From Escherichia phage vB_EcoA_4HA11, in the sequence record MN445184: a DNA stretch of 64,000 bases; one strand, 5' to 3'. The notes under the pieces were generated by a model. It was given only the letters and a program-made list of their open reading frames with translations, was not told the DNA's origin and ran no database searches. Position 1 is the first letter of the stretch; every line of letters starts with the position of its first letter. The translations under genes were made by a program, and so were the position numbers. Of the stretch, positions 1 through 8,565 are shown in pieces.

Positions 1-2757
1 ATGAAAATGCGCAAGTCCGAGCACTTTATCCGCTCGTCGTCTTCCATTCAGGGGCAGGCGTTCAACGTTAAAATGAACGATAAGATGTTTGAGACTCTGT
101 TCTCATCTTTGTATCGTTACAAAGAGGCTGCAGCCCTGCGCGAAACCGTCTGTAACGCCATCGACTCCCATGGCATGCGTGATCGTATGCACCGTATGGT
201 AGCATCCCACTACGCGCCTCTCACTCCCCCTCCACAGCGCCATAGTAAGTTCCTGGCACCGAAGGGTACACCAGTCATCGTCCATCTGCCTGACGACTTT
301 GAACCATGGCTGGAAATCCGTGATTACGGTATCGGCCTGCCACTTGAGAAGATCATTGGCGAGCCTATCCCAGCGCAGGAAGATGAAGTGCTGCTGGAAG
401 GCAACATGGTGGTCAAGGAAGATGAGATCCCTGACTCAGCTGAGGTCATCGGCGTTCCTGCGTTCTACAATGGGTCTTTAGTGTTCCGTCGCGAAGATGG
501 TGAAATCATTCGTACGCCTGGGTTGTATACCACTCTCTTCCACAGTACGAAGGAAGAAGATGATGATCAGATTGGGGCATTCGGTCTTGGCTCCAAATCA
601 CCATTTGCGGTATCGGATTCGTTCACTGTGGAAAGCCGCATGGACGGTAAACTCCATCGCTTCCTGATGTACCTGAACGCCAAGCGCATCCCGACTGTTG
701 ATCTGATCACCAAAGATCTTGAAACCCGTGATCCTAAGCCGGAAGACACCGATGAGTTCAACGGCATGACGGTGAAGATCCCGGTGAAGAACGCTCGTTT
801 CTCTGCATTCTCCGATGAGCTGGTTCGCCTTGGTCGAGTCATGCGCCCTGAGCAACGTCCAATTGTTGAGAACGCTTCATACCGCTTCAGCTGGGAAGAT
901 ATCAGTTATGAATTCAAGGTCAACAACACGTACATCCAGCCGAAAGGCCAGGGGAACACCCATTATGCTGTAATGGGTGGCGTGTCGTACCCGATTGACC
1001 TGGACCAGCTGGACCCGGACACTGCTTCCATCATGAGCAAGTTTCCATCGTCCTATACGTTCTTCGAACTTGGCTCGCTGAACGTACCACCGTCGCGTGA
1101 AGACCTTTCATATGACGAATTCACGCGTGAGACGCTCTCTGAGGAGTTTAAGGGCACCGCCAATGCAATCTTGACAGAAAAGATGCGTGACCTGGAGCTG
1201 GCGTGTAAGCGTGGTCCTCTTGCCCTGTATATGGAGAAGGTAAAACTGAGTGAAATGTTCGGCAGTGGGTTCCGCAAGATGGTTGAAAAGGAATACCCGG
1301 CTGATAAGCGCTTTCATGATTCATATTACCGTTACCCGCTGCCTATTGAGATCGACCGTGACTATGACCACACCGCACCGTTCAATGAATTGTCATCGCC
1401 GTTCTCTATGGAGATCTTCTATGATTGGGGTGAGTCCAGTAATTTGACCATTTCAGAAATCCAGAAGTGGATTGATCGCGGTCAGCATGTTACTGTGGTG
1501 ATCGAAGATAGTGTTCGTGCTCGTAACCTGAAGATCAAGCAGCTGAAAGATACAGGGACGATAGTCATCGTGGCCAAGCCGAACACATCCTATGTCACCA
1601 AGCGCAACCAATCTAAGGACAACCCTGCGTTCAAGAATTCTCAGGCTCTCTATGATTTCTTTGAAACTTGGATTGGTAAAGAAGAAACGACGGTTGATTA
1701 TCTGTGCTTCGCCGACAAGTTCGTCGATTGGCTGAGTGCGGTGCTGGAGCCTGCTGAAGTTAAGTTAATGAACGAACTGGCGTATGTCACGCCCCCGGTC
1801 ACCAAAGACCCTGGTCTGTTTCCGTTCACGCGCAGCAACTTCGACATATACCAGTATGAAGAACTGACGGGCGACCAGATCTCAGATATCATCAACAAGG
1901 GCGAGCGCATCGTCTATATTGAGGTGTCTGGCCATGCGTGTATCCATCAGGTGATGGACAGAACGTTGACGACTGCGGCGGCGCGGGGTATTCGTAAATC
2001 TCTGTATGAGCACGCAGTCAGTGTCGACGATGAAGGCAAGCCAGTGTATATCAGCGATATGTTGAACGTTCACAACCGAATCTTCTTGGCTCGTCGTAAA
2101 TCCGTTCCAATGATGAAGAAGTTCCCAGAGGTCTTCATACCGATCGATGAAATCCTGAAGATCATGTTGGAAAACGTGAAGCCTATGATGGAACGCGATA
2201 GCGCCAGACGCATACTGGAATCATACCACCGCATGCGCCTTGGGGCGGATCGATTAAAATACGGGAGCCATCTGGTTCATCAGGCGTTTGGTGATGTTGA
2301 AGACGATCGTTATGGCAAATTGGTCAGTCGTTACAACAAGTTAATGAAAGTCGTGGACGATATCTTGGATGAGCAGACTGTACGTCATTACCAAAGCCTG
2401 GCGAAAGCCCCGGTTTCAATCAATGACAAGCGTCGATTTAGCCATTTCCAGGACACAATACATTCTCTTAACGTGAATTTGTACGCCAACGAGCGTGACG
2501 AAAAGATCTTCCGTTCAGAACATCAGATGCTACAGATCTTTGAATGCGCTTCGGATGTGTTGCGGTCTCATGGATTTACACCGTTTGATATATCGAGGAC
2601 TCCGTCATTGAAAGCAAGGCGGGAAAACCGATTGACCATCGAGCGTCATCGTGTTGTCCGGTTCTTGAAAGAGAATTACAAACCAAGCGCCCTGAACCCG
2701 ATTGAAAATTCTTCGGATTACTTGGACGTTATTTCAAATTCCATTATCAGGGCATAA
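1..2757 (+). CDS. rIIA: rIIA-like membrane-associated GHKL-type ATPase (may begin upstream of window)
   Basis: 918-aa ORF starting at base 1; Bergerat-fold motifs in translation: RETVCNAIDS (E..N..D), EIRDYGIGL (DxGxG), GAFGLGSKSPF (GxxGxG); followed directly by rIIB-like gene. Confidence 0.6.
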   Translation: MKMRKSEHFIRSSSSIQGQAFNVKMNDKMFETLFSSLYRYKEAAALRETVCNAIDSHGMRDRMHRMVASHYAPLTPPPQRHSKFLAPKGTPVIVHLPDDFEPWLEIRDYGIGLPLEKIIGEPIPAQEDEVLLEGNMVVKEDEIPDSAEVIGVPAFYNGSLVFRREDGEIIRTPGLYTTLFHSTKEEDDDQIGAFGLGSKSPFAVSDSFTVESRMDGKLHRFLMYLNAKRIPTVDLITKDLETRDPKPEDTDEFNGMTVKIPVKNARFSAFSDELVRLGRVMRPEQRPIVENASYRFSWEDISYEFKVNNTYIQPKGQGNTHYAVMGGVSYPIDLDQLDPDTASIMSKFPSSYTFFELGSLNVPPSREDLSYDEFTRETLSEEFKGTANAILTEKMRDLELACKRGPLALYMEKVKLSEMFGSGFRKMVEKEYPADKRFHDSYYRYPLPIEIDRDYDHTAPFNELSSPFSMEIFYDWGESSNLTISEIQKWIDRGQHVTVVIEDSVRARNLKIKQLKDTGTIVIVAKPNTSYVTKRNQSKDNPAFKNSQALYDFFETWIGKEETTVDYLCFADKFVDWLSAVLEPAEVKLMNELAYVTPPVTKDPGLFPFTRSNFDIYQYEELTGDQISDIINKGERIVYIEVSGHACIHQVMDRTLTTAAARGIRKSLYEHAVSVDDEGKPVYISDMLNVHNRIFLARRKSVPMMKKFPEVFIPIDEILKIMLENVKPMMERDSARRILESYHRMRLGADRLKYGSHLVHQAFGDVEDDRYGKLVSRYNKLMKVVDDILDEQTVRHYQSLAKAPVSINDKRRFSHFQDTIHSLNVNLYANERDEKIFRSEHQMLQIFECASDVLRSHGFTPFDISRTPSLKARRENRLTIERHRVVRFLKENYKPSALNPIENSSDYLDVISNSIIRA

Positions 2758-2788
2758 TAGTCCTGTTAACCAACGTGGGAACTACAAG

Positions 2789-4354
2789 ATGAACAAGATT
2801 GACGAAAAGATCCTGAAATATTTGAAGGAAGGCAAAAGCCAGAGCGCAATTGCTACTCTGTTGGGCATACCCCGCTCGACTGTACAACGTGTTTCCGACA
2901 CGGAACTCGGTGTTGACCCTACTTCGCTGAAATCTCTGACAACAGATCAGATCGCCAATATCCAAAGGGATTCGGCGGTAGGTAATGTCAGCAATGCATT
3001 CTTGGCCAAGGTGTACGGTGTGTCCACCAAGACCATTGCTCGCGCTCTGTTGGTCCGGATTACCGAGGAGGAAAACAAGGTAACTGTGATCTCTCCTATC
3101 AAGCCGGAAGAGCAGGAAGTATTCGAGGTCCAACCGGGCGGCACGGCCAAAGACAAAGATGACACAGAATGGTATGTTGGGGCATATCTGCCGAACCACA
3201 ACAAGTATCTGTGTCTCACCAATGACGGCAATTTCAAAGGGGCTCTCTTTGAAAAATCCGAACTGGCTCCTGTGGAAGGTAATAGTCGCGCTTTCGGTGT
3301 TGAAGCTGTCGGTAAGATGGCAGAAATTTCTGTGGCGCTGACAGAAGGCTCTGACAAAGTTCCGAGCAACGTTGAAATCAGCGTTGTGGTTGACGGGGAA
3401 ACCTATCCTATCCGTGGATCCTTGGATGCCCGTCGCCGTGTTGGTTACTTCGATGCCATCCTCGGTCGCACTCTTCGCCTGGCTCTGTCTTCTGTGGAAT
3501 TCGCTGTTGTTATCAAAGAAGTTGAAGAAGCGGCTGATAACAAGAAAACCAAACAGGACTTCGGGGCGAAAGACCTGGACGTGTTCCTGAACGAACACCA
3601 GATCCTGATTCTGCCTGACAGCGTTGTTATCGCGATTGACGGCAAGCCGGAAACGATCACCACTTCACACCCGGCCTATGACCGCATCGTACAGGCGATC
3701 AAAGACAAAGACGTGAAGCTGGCATACTCGCTGATGCGTCCTCGTGAAGCCATCGCGAAGTACGCTGCTGGTCTGGTAGACGTGTCTGACAACCGTGTCC
3801 GCTGGTCCGGTCATGACATCACAGGCACATCCATCGCCAAGCGTGTACTGGCGCTGATGCTGAAGGGTGACTTCCACAACCTGGACCGCATGGCGAAGTT
3901 TATGGACAAAATGTTCCAGAACCCGTCAGCTGCTCTGGTTCAGTCTGGGCGCATCTATGAGTTCATGGCGTACTCCGACATCGAAATTGACGACGATGGT
4001 GACATCATCCTCTACAAATCGGTGCGCGGCAACTACATGGACAAGCACAGCAACACGATCAGCAACGCCCCAGGCACTATCGTGCGGATGGCTCGCTCAT
4101 TCGTGAACGACAACAACTCCGACCTGTGTTCATACGGTCTGCATGTGTGCTCCCTGGCCTACCTGAAGGAGTGTTTCGGTTCTGTGGGACAACGTGTCGT
4201 TCGCTGTAAGCTGAACCCGCGTGACATCGTGTCGGTCACCGATGATTTTGGTTCAAGCAAAATCCGCTGCTGTGAATACCTGGTGTTGGATGACTACACT
4301 GCTGAGTACAACCGCCAGCACAAGTCTATTGACGTGACAGGTCTGTACAAGTAA
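2789..4354 (+). CDS. rIIB: rIIB-like protein with N-terminal helix-turn-helix
   Basis: ATG at 2789 in frame of ORF 2702..4354 just after the rIIA-like stop; N-terminal HTH-like segments (KSQSAIATLLGIPRSTVQRV); C-terminal block SYGLHVCSLAYLKECFGS..RVVRCKLNPRDIVSV resembles recalled T4 rIIB C-terminus. Confidence 0.5.
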   Translation: MNKIDEKILKYLKEGKSQSAIATLLGIPRSTVQRVSDTELGVDPTSLKSLTTDQIANIQRDSAVGNVSNAFLAKVYGVSTKTIARALLVRITEEENKVTVISPIKPEEQEVFEVQPGGTAKDKDDTEWYVGAYLPNHNKYLCLTNDGNFKGALFEKSELAPVEGNSRAFGVEAVGKMAEISVALTEGSDKVPSNVEISVVVDGETYPIRGSLDARRRVGYFDAILGRTLRLALSSVEFAVVIKEVEEAADNKKTKQDFGAKDLDVFLNEHQILILPDSVVIAIDGKPETITTSHPAYDRIVQAIKDKDVKLAYSLMRPREAIAKYAAGLVDVSDNRVRWSGHDITGTSIAKRVLALMLKGDFHNLDRMAKFMDKMFQNPSAALVQSGRIYEFMAYSDIEIDDDGDIILYKSVRGNYMDKHSNTISNAPGTIVRMARSFVNDNNSDLCSYGLHVCSLAYLKECFGSVGQRVVRCKLNPRDIVSVTDDFGSSKIRCCEYLVLDDYTAEYNRQHKSIDVTGLYK

Positions 4355-4372
4355 CTAAACCCCATCCATCAA

Positions 4373-4392
4373 GGAGGCTCCGGCCTCCTTTC
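4373..4392 (+). terminator. hairpin GGAGGCTCCGGCCTCC followed by TTTCAGTT; probable intrinsic terminator after rIIB-like gene
   Basis: perfect inverted repeat immediately 3' of stop at 4354. Confidence 0.55.
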
Positions 4393-4576
4393 AGTTCGAA
4401 GGCGAGACCAGGGAATACTCCCACAAGAACTTTCCTCCCCGTGAAGTTTATGACCAACAGTTCGTGAAATTGTTCTGTCGCTGTGGTGGGTGTGATTTCA
4501 CGGATGATGGTTACGCAATGCGTATACTGCTGCAATTGCTGTGGTAAATACGTAACAGTCTATAGGAGAACCGAAC

Positions 4577-5002
4577 ATGGCGAAGAAACCTGAAACCAAG
4601 AAAGTTGAAATTAAAACCGAAGCCCCAGTCGATGACATCCAGGCGAAGGAGGAAGGTGTGTTGCCTACCTACCTACAACGCGCCATCGATAACATCCCTC
4701 CAGGGGGAGACGGAGGCGTCGTCTACGCTGGCGGGTACGGTTGGGTGTGTGAATACCAAGACGGCACGAAGGAACTCCTCCAGGAGCTTCCAGGGCTGGC
4801 TGCGACCCTCAAGCGTTATGGTCGCGACAAGTTCGGCAAGCCGTTTGAAACCGGGGCTGTGATTGAAACCAACATCACAGTCGAGACTCTGAACCTGCTG
4901 GGTGAAGATGATCTCAAGTTGTTGGCTGCGCCGCTGGGTATCACAGAAGAAGATCGCATTCAGCTGATTGCGAAGCTGATCGAAAAATTGCAGATTAAAT
5001 AA
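4577..5002 (+). CDS. hypothetical protein
   Basis: 141-aa ORF with upstream TAGGAGAA RBS. Confidence 0.5.
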   Translation: MAKKPETKKVEIKTEAPVDDIQAKEEGVLPTYLQRAIDNIPPGGDGGVVYAGGYGWVCEYQDGTKELLQELPGLAATLKRYGRDKFGKPFETGAVIETNITVETLNLLGEDDLKLLAAPLGITEEDRIQLIAKLIEKLQIK

Positions 5003-5032
5003 GCCGATGTACAACAGCTGAACTTATTCAAT

Positions 5033-5425
5033 ATGCCTATCGTTGACGAAAGCAACTTTATGTATTATGCACTGAGGCATTATATTGTAGATTCTGTCTC
5101 GTGGGATGAACTGCTGGTAGACATTCAGCGGATTTCGCTAATTAATCAATCATTGAAGAGATTTGTCCCTGGTAAGAGTCCTCGGTTGATTCTCAATCAA
5201 TTGATTACTGTCTTCAATACGTTCGAAACAGAGGCCGCTTGCCGTATGCTCGTTTTGAAGGTGGATAAGCCCCAGTTGCCACGCCTCAAGGCTGCTTTGT
5301 TGACATTAGGCGTATGGCGCGATGATTTATGTTCCGGTTCATACGAACCAGATAATGAGCTGATGATGGCTCTGAACAACGATTTGGATGAGTGGAGGAA
5401 ACCATGCCAACGATCACTGTATTAG
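5033..5425 (+). CDS. hypothetical protein
   Basis: 130-aa ORF in same-strand gene train. Confidence 0.45.
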   Translation: MPIVDESNFMYYALRHYIVDSVSWDELLVDIQRISLINQSLKRFVPGKSPRLILNQLITVFNTFETEAACRMLVLKVDKPQLPRLKAALLTLGVWRDDLCSGSYEPDNELMMALNNDLDEWRKPCQRSLY

Positions 5426-6216
5426 TAGCACCGGAAGTTGTTCGCAACAAACCGGAAACTGAGCGTCTTCACACTGTAACAGGTACTGCTCGGGGTTGGG
5501 AAAAGACCAGTCTTAACCAAGACCCAGACGAGATCCTGACTGAGTGTAAAGGTCTGGATGCACTGCTGACCAAGAGCAATTTGCAGGCCGATGGCGTCAC
5601 CAAAGTGGATCCAACCAAGCCCGTTGGCTTCCAGCTGTCTTATGAAATCCACGACCCAAGCGCTGTGCTGACCACTGGCCTGACCATCACCCCTGAAACT
5701 GCTAATGGTGAAGTCGGTCAGGTTGTTGAACTGAAGGCGGTCGTCGCTCCGGAGAACGCGACCTACCAGGGTGTCAACTGGTACTCTGGCGATCTGACCA
5801 AAGCTGTGCACATCGGTGGTGGTAAATTCAAGCTGCTGGCGCCGGGTTCAGTGACTGTTTACGGTGTAACCATCGAAGGTGACCACACTGACTCTACCGT
5901 CATCACAGTGGCTGGCGCTCTGTCTCTGTCTACCGATCTGGCTGCTTCTCAGGATGTAACAACAGGTGAATCCGCAACCTTCACCATCGCTGCTACAGGC
6001 GGCACTACCCCATACAAACACACTTGGTACTTCTCTGATGTCCCTGGTGGTGAAGAAGGTGAGGTGATCGATGCTGGCACTAACCCCACTGCTGCAACTG
6101 CGAGCCTGGTTATCACTGCAGTTGCTGCCGAAAACGAGGGTGAGTACTGGTGTGTTGTTGAAGACGCTGACGGCCACTCTGTGACCTCTACTCGTTGCGA
6201 AATGGCTGCGGTCTAA
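5404..6216 (+). CDS. Ig-like domain protein (BIG2-like plus Ig-like repeat); possible Hoc-like capsid decoration or adhesin
   Basis: internal ATG at 5404 preceded by GGAGGA; translation shows bacterial Ig-like patterns (GEVGQVVELKAVVAPENATYQGVNWYSGD.., ..ENEGEYWCVVEDADG..). Confidence 0.5.
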   Translation: MPTITVLVAPEVVRNKPETERLHTVTGTARGWEKTSLNQDPDEILTECKGLDALLTKSNLQADGVTKVDPTKPVGFQLSYEIHDPSAVLTTGLTITPETANGEVGQVVELKAVVAPENATYQGVNWYSGDLTKAVHIGGGKFKLLAPGSVTVYGVTIEGDHTDSTVITVAGALSLSTDLAASQDVTTGESATFTIAATGGTTPYKHTWYFSDVPGGEEGEVIDAGTNPTAATASLVITAVAAENEGEYWCVVEDADGHSVTSTRCEMAAV

Positions 6217-6218
6217 TC

Positions 6219-6449
6219 ATGAAGGGCTTCCAGGACTTCCTTGAAGACTCGGCAGCCCCTGGAACCACGACCGCCGATGTGGGGAAACCCGAAGGCGGTA
6301 TGGTGAAAGAGCCTGTCAAGAAGCCCAAGGATCTTGAGGAAGAACAAGAGCAGACCTCCTTCCAAAAGATCTTTGGAAACATCTTCAAAGACCTCGACCT
6401 GAAGAATGCAAGAAAGTGGAACTTCAGGACAGGCAAATATGAAGACTAA
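6219..6449 (+). CDS. small protein with T4 internal-protein-like capsid-targeting N-terminus (MKGFQDFLE)
   Basis: ATG at 6219 in frame of ORF 6195..6449; N-terminus MKGFQDFLEDSA resembles T4 IP capsid-targeting sequence MKTYQEFIAE; lysine/acidic-rich body. Confidence 0.45.
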   Translation: MKGFQDFLEDSAAPGTTTADVGKPEGGMVKEPVKKPKDLEEEQEQTSFQKIFGNIFKDLDLKNARKWNFRTGKYED

Positions 6450-6450
6450 A

Positions 6451-6471
6451 AGAGGCTCCGGCCTCTTTTTC
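6451..6471 (+). terminator. intrinsic terminator (AGAGGCTCCGGCCTCT + TTTTTC)
   Basis: perfect hairpin followed by T-run; near-identical core to hairpin at 4373. Confidence 0.75.
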
Positions 6472-6494
6472 ATTTCCAGCATTTGGTGTATAAT
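6466..6494 (+). promoter_or_regulatory. candidate sigma70-type promoter (TTTTCA-N16-TATAAT)
   Basis: TATAAT at about 6489-6494 with weak -35; about 45 nt upstream of ATG 6538. Confidence 0.3.
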
Positions 6495-6537
6495 GGAACC
6501 GTTCCCCATGAGCGGAACCTAACTGAGGATACACCAA

Positions 6538-7038
6538 ATGAAATCCATGGTCAAACGTAAAGTCGAAATCTCCCTGACTGCCCATATTGAAATGGTCCAA
6601 CAACTTATCCTGGATGCGTATGAAATCCAGAAAGATCGCCAATCGAGGGGAGGTGTGACGGACCCCACCTGTCCTGGAAACATACTGTACTATCGCATGC
6701 TGCGCCAGACTGGGCACACCGCCGCGCTGAAGAAGATTCTGTCCTATGATTTCCAGACAGAGAACAACCTCAACATCATGGGTGTCTTCCATAGCGTTAG
6801 TGAACGCGATTCTTTCTTCCGCTCCCGAGCAGGCGCGGATGTATCATTGCCCGATGTAGACAAGAAACAGCACACGACAACCATCTCCCATTACATGGGC
6901 ACGGGCATCGATAAAGCAAATATCATCGTGTTCTCTGATACGTTGCATGACCCCAAGCGCCTTGCATCTGCGCATGAAATGCTGCGGGAAGGTCGCAGCG
7001 CCCTCACTAATTTGACTTTAGTAGTGTTTCTGGGCTAG
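6538..7038 (+). CDS. hypothetical protein
   Basis: 166-aa ORF. Confidence 0.5.
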   Translation: MKSMVKRKVEISLTAHIEMVQQLILDAYEIQKDRQSRGGVTDPTCPGNILYYRMLRQTGHTAALKKILSYDFQTENNLNIMGVFHSVSERDSFFRSRAGADVSLPDVDKKQHTTTISHYMGTGIDKANIIVFSDTLHDPKRLASAHEMLREGRSALTNLTLVVFLG

Positions 7039-7083
7039 ATAGTTACAGGGGAGGAAACTCCCCGCTTCAACCAGGAGGCGCAT

Positions 7084-7281
7084 ATGTTCAGGTTCAAGAT
7101 CTACAAAGAACGAAACTCGTTCAAATTCGGTGTCGTCGCTGGGGTGTGTTTCTTCCTGACGATCGAAAACGTGATCGGGCTGCTCACAATATCACAAATG
7201 CAGATAACCCGATTTGTCCTTGCTATCGTATTCGCCGCTATCGGCTTGGCCTGTAGTTATATGGGCTGCATGAAGAAGTAA
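7084..7281 (+). CDS. small membrane protein
   Basis: 65-aa ORF, two hydrophobic segments, AGGAGG RBS. Confidence 0.45.
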   Translation: MFRFKIYKERNSFKFGVVAGVCFFLTIENVIGLLTISQMQITRFVLAIVFAAIGLACSYMGCMKK

Positions 7282-7308
7282 TTTCACTACACACAGCAAT
7301 ACTTTGAT

Positions 7309-7812
7309 TTGAGAAACTACATCATGATGCTGTTAATGAACGTTCCACAGAACAAGATGACCCCTGCAACAGAGGGTAAGAATCACTTCAACATCTACAG
7401 CCGGAGCCAGACGGAACTCGGGCGCTTCCTCTCGCATTTTACCCATCATCCAATGACTACCCATGAACATGGTGTGTTTAACTCCATGGAGGGGTACTGG
7501 TATTGGCTGAAGTATAGGGATGACAACCTGCGCCTGCTCGACGGTTATGAGGCCAAGCAATATGGACAGAGGTTGGCGGCCACTCGCATCGCTGTCATTG
7601 ATCCATCATCCGAAGAATTCAAGCGCGATATCCTATTTGCAACTAGCATGAAACTCCAGACAATGCCTGAACGTCTGAAGATCAGATTGGCTTACAGTCG
7701 CCTACCCCTGATCCATGCATATGTTCAGAACGGGAAATACAGTTTTCAAAACTCTATGGACTATATCATTGCCCACATTAATCGTCTCCGCATACAAGGA
7801 ACTTTGAAATGA
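7309..7812 (+). CDS. hypothetical protein
   Basis: 167-aa ORF; start may be a few codons downstream. Confidence 0.45.
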   Translation: MRNYIMMLLMNVPQNKMTPATEGKNHFNIYSRSQTELGRFLSHFTHHPMTTHEHGVFNSMEGYWYWLKYRDDNLRLLDGYEAKQYGQRLAATRIAVIDPSSEEFKRDILFATSMKLQTMPERLKIRLAYSRLPLIHAYVQNGKYSFQNSMDYIIAHINRLRIQGTLK

Positions 7813-8390
7813 AATTTCTACATACTATCGTCGACACTTCTTATGACTGCACTGCTCATACCCCAGACCGTTCGCCTGTGTTTGTTCTGAACAAACTAGG
7901 TGAAGAGATCTGTGAACTGTCTGATGTGTTTCATGGTATAGTATCTTCCGAGCCGTTGAATGGCGAAGTTGCTGATGTCATTATCTCTGCTATTGACCTT
8001 CTGTACATTATGGATTTCAATGACCAGCAGCTGCATGGTTGCATGACCAAAGAAGAGTTGGCCGACTCAGTCCAGACATGTTTGGCATTGTGCAGCGATT
8101 GTTCTCCCGAATATCTTGAAGAAGATTGGTTCCGTCTGATCGATCGTGATCCCCAGAAGCACCTGAACCTCATCCATCATTATCACGGCCGGATTATCCG
8201 ATTGTGTAATCAGCCATATCGCAGCCAAGACGTCCTAGAGCGACTCGTTGCCAATTTGATCAAACATGTCGCACGGATGGCTTGCGGTGAAGGTGCCTTA
8301 CACAGCGTGAACATGTTGAGCACACGCATCAAAGTAGAGCACGCCATTGAACACAAAGTTGAAAAGTGGCGTACTAAATTTGGCTTATGA
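7809..8390 (+). CDS. hypothetical protein; weak resemblance to all-alpha (MazG-like) NTP pyrophosphatase
   Basis: 193-aa ORF; LNKLGEEICELSDV..EVADVIISAIDLLY pattern; low-confidence family guess. Confidence 0.4.
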   Translation: MKFLHTIVDTSYDCTAHTPDRSPVFVLNKLGEEICELSDVFHGIVSSEPLNGEVADVIISAIDLLYIMDFNDQQLHGCMTKEELADSVQTCLALCSDCSPEYLEEDWFRLIDRDPQKHLNLIHHYHGRIIRLCNQPYRSQDVLERLVANLIKHVARMACGEGALHSVNMLSTRIKVEHAIEHKVEKWRTKFGL

Positions 8391-8565
8391 AATACGAAAT
8401 CATCTTAGACGCTCTCTGTATGAGAGCAATATTGTTTAATGTTGAAAGAAACCGGGTTAAGCTCTGTGTGTTCTAAGGCCACAGCTCAAACTTGTATATC
8501 TAAATTTCAGGAATGTTGGATACCAAAAGAAGATCCCGCCTGGTTGAAATTTTACGGAGATAATA

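Noticed and set aside
1-2757. Hsp90, MutL or a third topoisomerase ATPase
   Set aside because: GHKL motifs are present, but the long inserts, the GSLNVPPSREDLSYDEF block and the following rIIB-like gene fit rIIA better.
2747-3598. Antisense ORFs inside large genes (for example 2747..3598 -, 23596..24228 -, 55511..56086 +, 59468..59956 +, 12651..13241 -)
   Set aside because: They lie wholly within better-supported genes on the opposite strand, have no RBS or motif support, and are expected six-frame noise.
7809-8390. Second dCTPase/dUTPase (MazG-like)
   Set aside because: Only a loose pattern resemblance; the better MazG-like candidate is 34495..35040 inside the nucleotide module, so this one is left as hypothetical.
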